Shown: positions 62,015 to 64,000 of the stretch, one piece after another | How the letters are laid out: every line of letters starts with the position of its first letter | Numbering within the stretch: the first letter of the stretch is position 1 | From: Sedimentisphaerales bacterium | GTDB lineage: Bacteria > Planctomycetota > Phycisphaerae > Sedimentisphaerales > SM23-30 | Length of the DNA: 64,000 nt | Assembly: GCA_963666285.1 (NCBI GenBank) | Contig: OY762711.1 | Strand: one strand, 5' to 3' | The notes under the pieces: model-generated | The model's input: the letters and a program-made list of their open reading frames with translations, nothing else | Told to the model about the DNA's origin: nothing | Database searches by the model: none | Position numbers and translations under genes: made by a program

Positions 62015-64000
62015 TTGGTTGATGACATTGGTTATTTTATAAAGCCTGCAGGAAGGCATATAATGACCATTGGTCGAGATTTAATTCATGACCAATGTGC
62101 TGCTGTTTTGGAACTAGTTAAAAATGCCTATGATGCAGATTCACCTCAGGTAACTATTTCATTACTTTGTAATAAAGACAAAGACGGCTTTAAGGTAGTA
62201 ATTGAGGATTCGGGTCATGGTATGACCAGGGATATTGTTATCAATAAATGGTTAGTACCTTCAACAGATGATAAACTTAAAAGAAAAGTTAGTCCCAAAG
62301 GCAGAACGATGCAAGGGAGAAAAGGTGTTGGCAGATATGCTGCATCAATTCTAGGTGATGATTTGCTCTTAGAGACTGTTTCAAGTAGTTGTGAACAAAC
62401 TACAGTATATGTTGAATGGAAGCGGTTCGAAAAAGCAAGGTTTCTTTCTGATGTTGAGATTCTAGTTGATACAGAAAAGACAAATCGTAGTACTCAAACC
62501 AAGTTAACTATCAATAACAATACTAGCTATAAGAATGTTTGGGATAATTTACAGATTAAAAAACTTAAATATGAACTTAAGAAATTGATATCTCCTGTTC
62601 ATGCTATTTCTGAATCAGAAAGCGATGTGTTTAATATTTTAATCAAATATGATGTTATCGAAGATGAGATTATTGATGGAGTTAAGGTTAGAGAAATTGT
62701 TGAGCACTATGAAGAGGAGATTAAGCCCTACCCTATTTTAGATTTATTTGATTATAAAATTTCAGGTACAATCAACAAAGATGGGTATGGTAAATTTAAA
62801 TATTACAATCAAAGGGTAAAGAATTCAATTGTTAAAGATGTGATTATTGATTTAGGGAAGACCACAGGATGTGGTGAAGTTACTTATGACTTAAGAGTGT
62901 ATGATCGAGAAAAAGAAGCTATTGATAATCTTATTTTGAGAGGCCTAAAAGACGATGATGGTAATTATGTAGGTAAATTACAGGCTAGGCAACTATTAAA
63001 TGACTATAATGGTGTTGGTGTCTATAGGAACGGATTTAGAATAAGGCCTCTTGGTGATGCTGATTTTGATTGGTTAAAGCTAAATTCCCAACGTATACAA
63101 AATCCTTCTTTAAAAATAGGAATTAATCAAATTATTGGGTTTGTTTATATCCAATCAGAAGAATTGTCAGGTTTGGAAGAAAAGAGTGCAAGAGATGGCT
63201 TACGTGAAAACGAAGAATATAAAAAGTTGATAGATATTACCCATAAAGTTATTAATGAACTTGAAAATAGACGATTTAGTTATCGCAAAAAAGCCGGACT
63301 TAGCCGTAAAGCAGTTAAGATTGAAAGAGAATTTGAAAAACTTTTTGAGTATAACAGTCTTAAAAAGAGAATAAAAAAGACACTTAGGAATAGTGGTGTT
63401 TTGCCTGAAATGGTGGATAAAATTTCTAATTTAATTGATTCAGAAGGAGAAACTAAAAATAAAGTAGCTGAAGAAATCAAAAGAACTGTAGCTATTTATC
63501 AAGGGCAAGCAACATTAGGAAGAATTGTTAATGTTATCCTTCATGAAGGGAGAAGACCGCTTAACTTTTTTAAAAATCAAGTAGATAATGTAAATTTTTG
63601 GGCTACTCAGCTTAAAGATAATTATTCACAGGAAGCCTTGGATGAAATTGTTCCAATTACAAATGGCTTCGGAGAAAATGCTAAGCATTTTGTTGAGCTA
63701 TTTGGGAGGCTTGACCCACTCGCGGCTAAAAAGAGAAATAAAGCTTGTCAAGTAGACCTTAATGAGACAATTCAAAGTGTGTTCTTAGTTTTTGAAAATG
63801 AACTTTTTGAAAATCAAATTAAATATTCAATCTTATGCCCCCAAGGTACAAAAGTATTTGGATGGAAACAAGATATTTATGTAATACTTACTAATTTGAT
63901 TGATAATAGTATTTTCTGGATGTTAGATAAAAAATCAAAGAAGAAAGAAATTACATTAACCATAGAAGTTTCTGATCAAAAGATAGTATTTATTGACTAC
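62015..64000 (+). CDS. GHKL (HSP90/MORC-like) ATPase fused to a C-terminal histidine-kinase module; runs off the window
   Basis: Not in the ORF track. TTG start after GGAG; ELVKNAYDAD, EDSGHGM, GRKGVGRYA, VYRNGFRI, then H-box ILHEGRRPL and N-box TNLIDNS. Confidence 0.85.
   Translation, partial: MVDDIGYFIKPAGRHIMTIGRDLIHDQCAAVLELVKNAYDADSPQVTISLLCNKDKDGFKVVIEDSGHGMTRDIVINKWLVPSTDDKLKRKVSPKGRTMQGRKGVGRYAASILGDDLLLETVSSSCEQTTVYVEWKRFEKARFLSDVEILVDTEKTNRSTQTKLTINNNTSYKNVWDNLQIKKLKYELKKLISPVHAISESESDVFNILIKYDVIEDEIIDGVKVREIVEHYEEEIKPYPILDLFDYKISGTINKDGYGKFKYYNQRVKNSIVKDVIIDLGKTTGCGEVTYDLRVYDREKEAIDNLILRGLKDDDGNYVGKLQARQLLNDYNGVGVYRNGFRIRPLGDADFDWLKLNSQRIQNPSLKIGINQIIGFVYIQSEELSGLEEKSARDGLRENEEYKKLIDITHKVINELENRRFSYRKKAGLSRKAVKIEREFEKLFEYNSLKKRIKKTLRNSGVLPEMVDKISNLIDSEGETKNKVAEEIKRTVAIYQGQATLGRIVNVILHEGRRPLNFFKNQVDNVNFWATQLKDNYSQEALDEIVPITNGFGENAKHFVELFGRLDPLAAKKRNKACQVDLNETIQSVFLVFENELFENQIKYSILCPQGTKVFGWKQDIYVILTNLIDNSIFWMLDKKSKKKEITLTIEVSDQKIVFIDY

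Noticed and set aside
41298..62028. Long antisense ORFs (e.g. 41298-42092, 61207-62028)
   Set aside because: They lie opposite well-supported genes and show no protein motifs

Overview
Bacterial chromosomal segment that spans the probable replication origin. The lineage is probably Planctomycetota/Phycisphaerae; this is inferred from the HzsA-like cytochrome, the dockerin-tailed secreted protein and the accessory short SecA. Left part: c-di-GMP genes, housekeeping genes and gyrB-dciA-dnaN, then a 2.7-kb non-coding oriC region (DnaA boxes, DnaA-trio-like element, two perfect parS sites), parB, a split comEA and comM. Immediately after comM lies an ~8-kb accessory region, the most interesting part of the window. 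It holds an intact IS110/IS1111-type element whose empty target repeat occurs twice nearby, three comM-derived fragments bracketing cargo, a signal-peptide 'mini-Rhs' toxin with candidate immunity genes, and a mosaic of shuffled non-coding hairpin and short-tandem repeats. The rest holds glycoside hydrolases, perR-katA, dnaE, a GNAT-deacetylase fusion, a truncated SecA paralogue, an ECF sigma pair, glycosyltransferases and two MITE-like families. At the right edge a C5 methyltransferase and a GHKL-ATPase/histidine-kinase gene (runs off the window) are preceded by the same repeat mosaic. No rRNA, tRNA or CRISPR array was recognised. All calls come from reading motifs by eye, with no database search.
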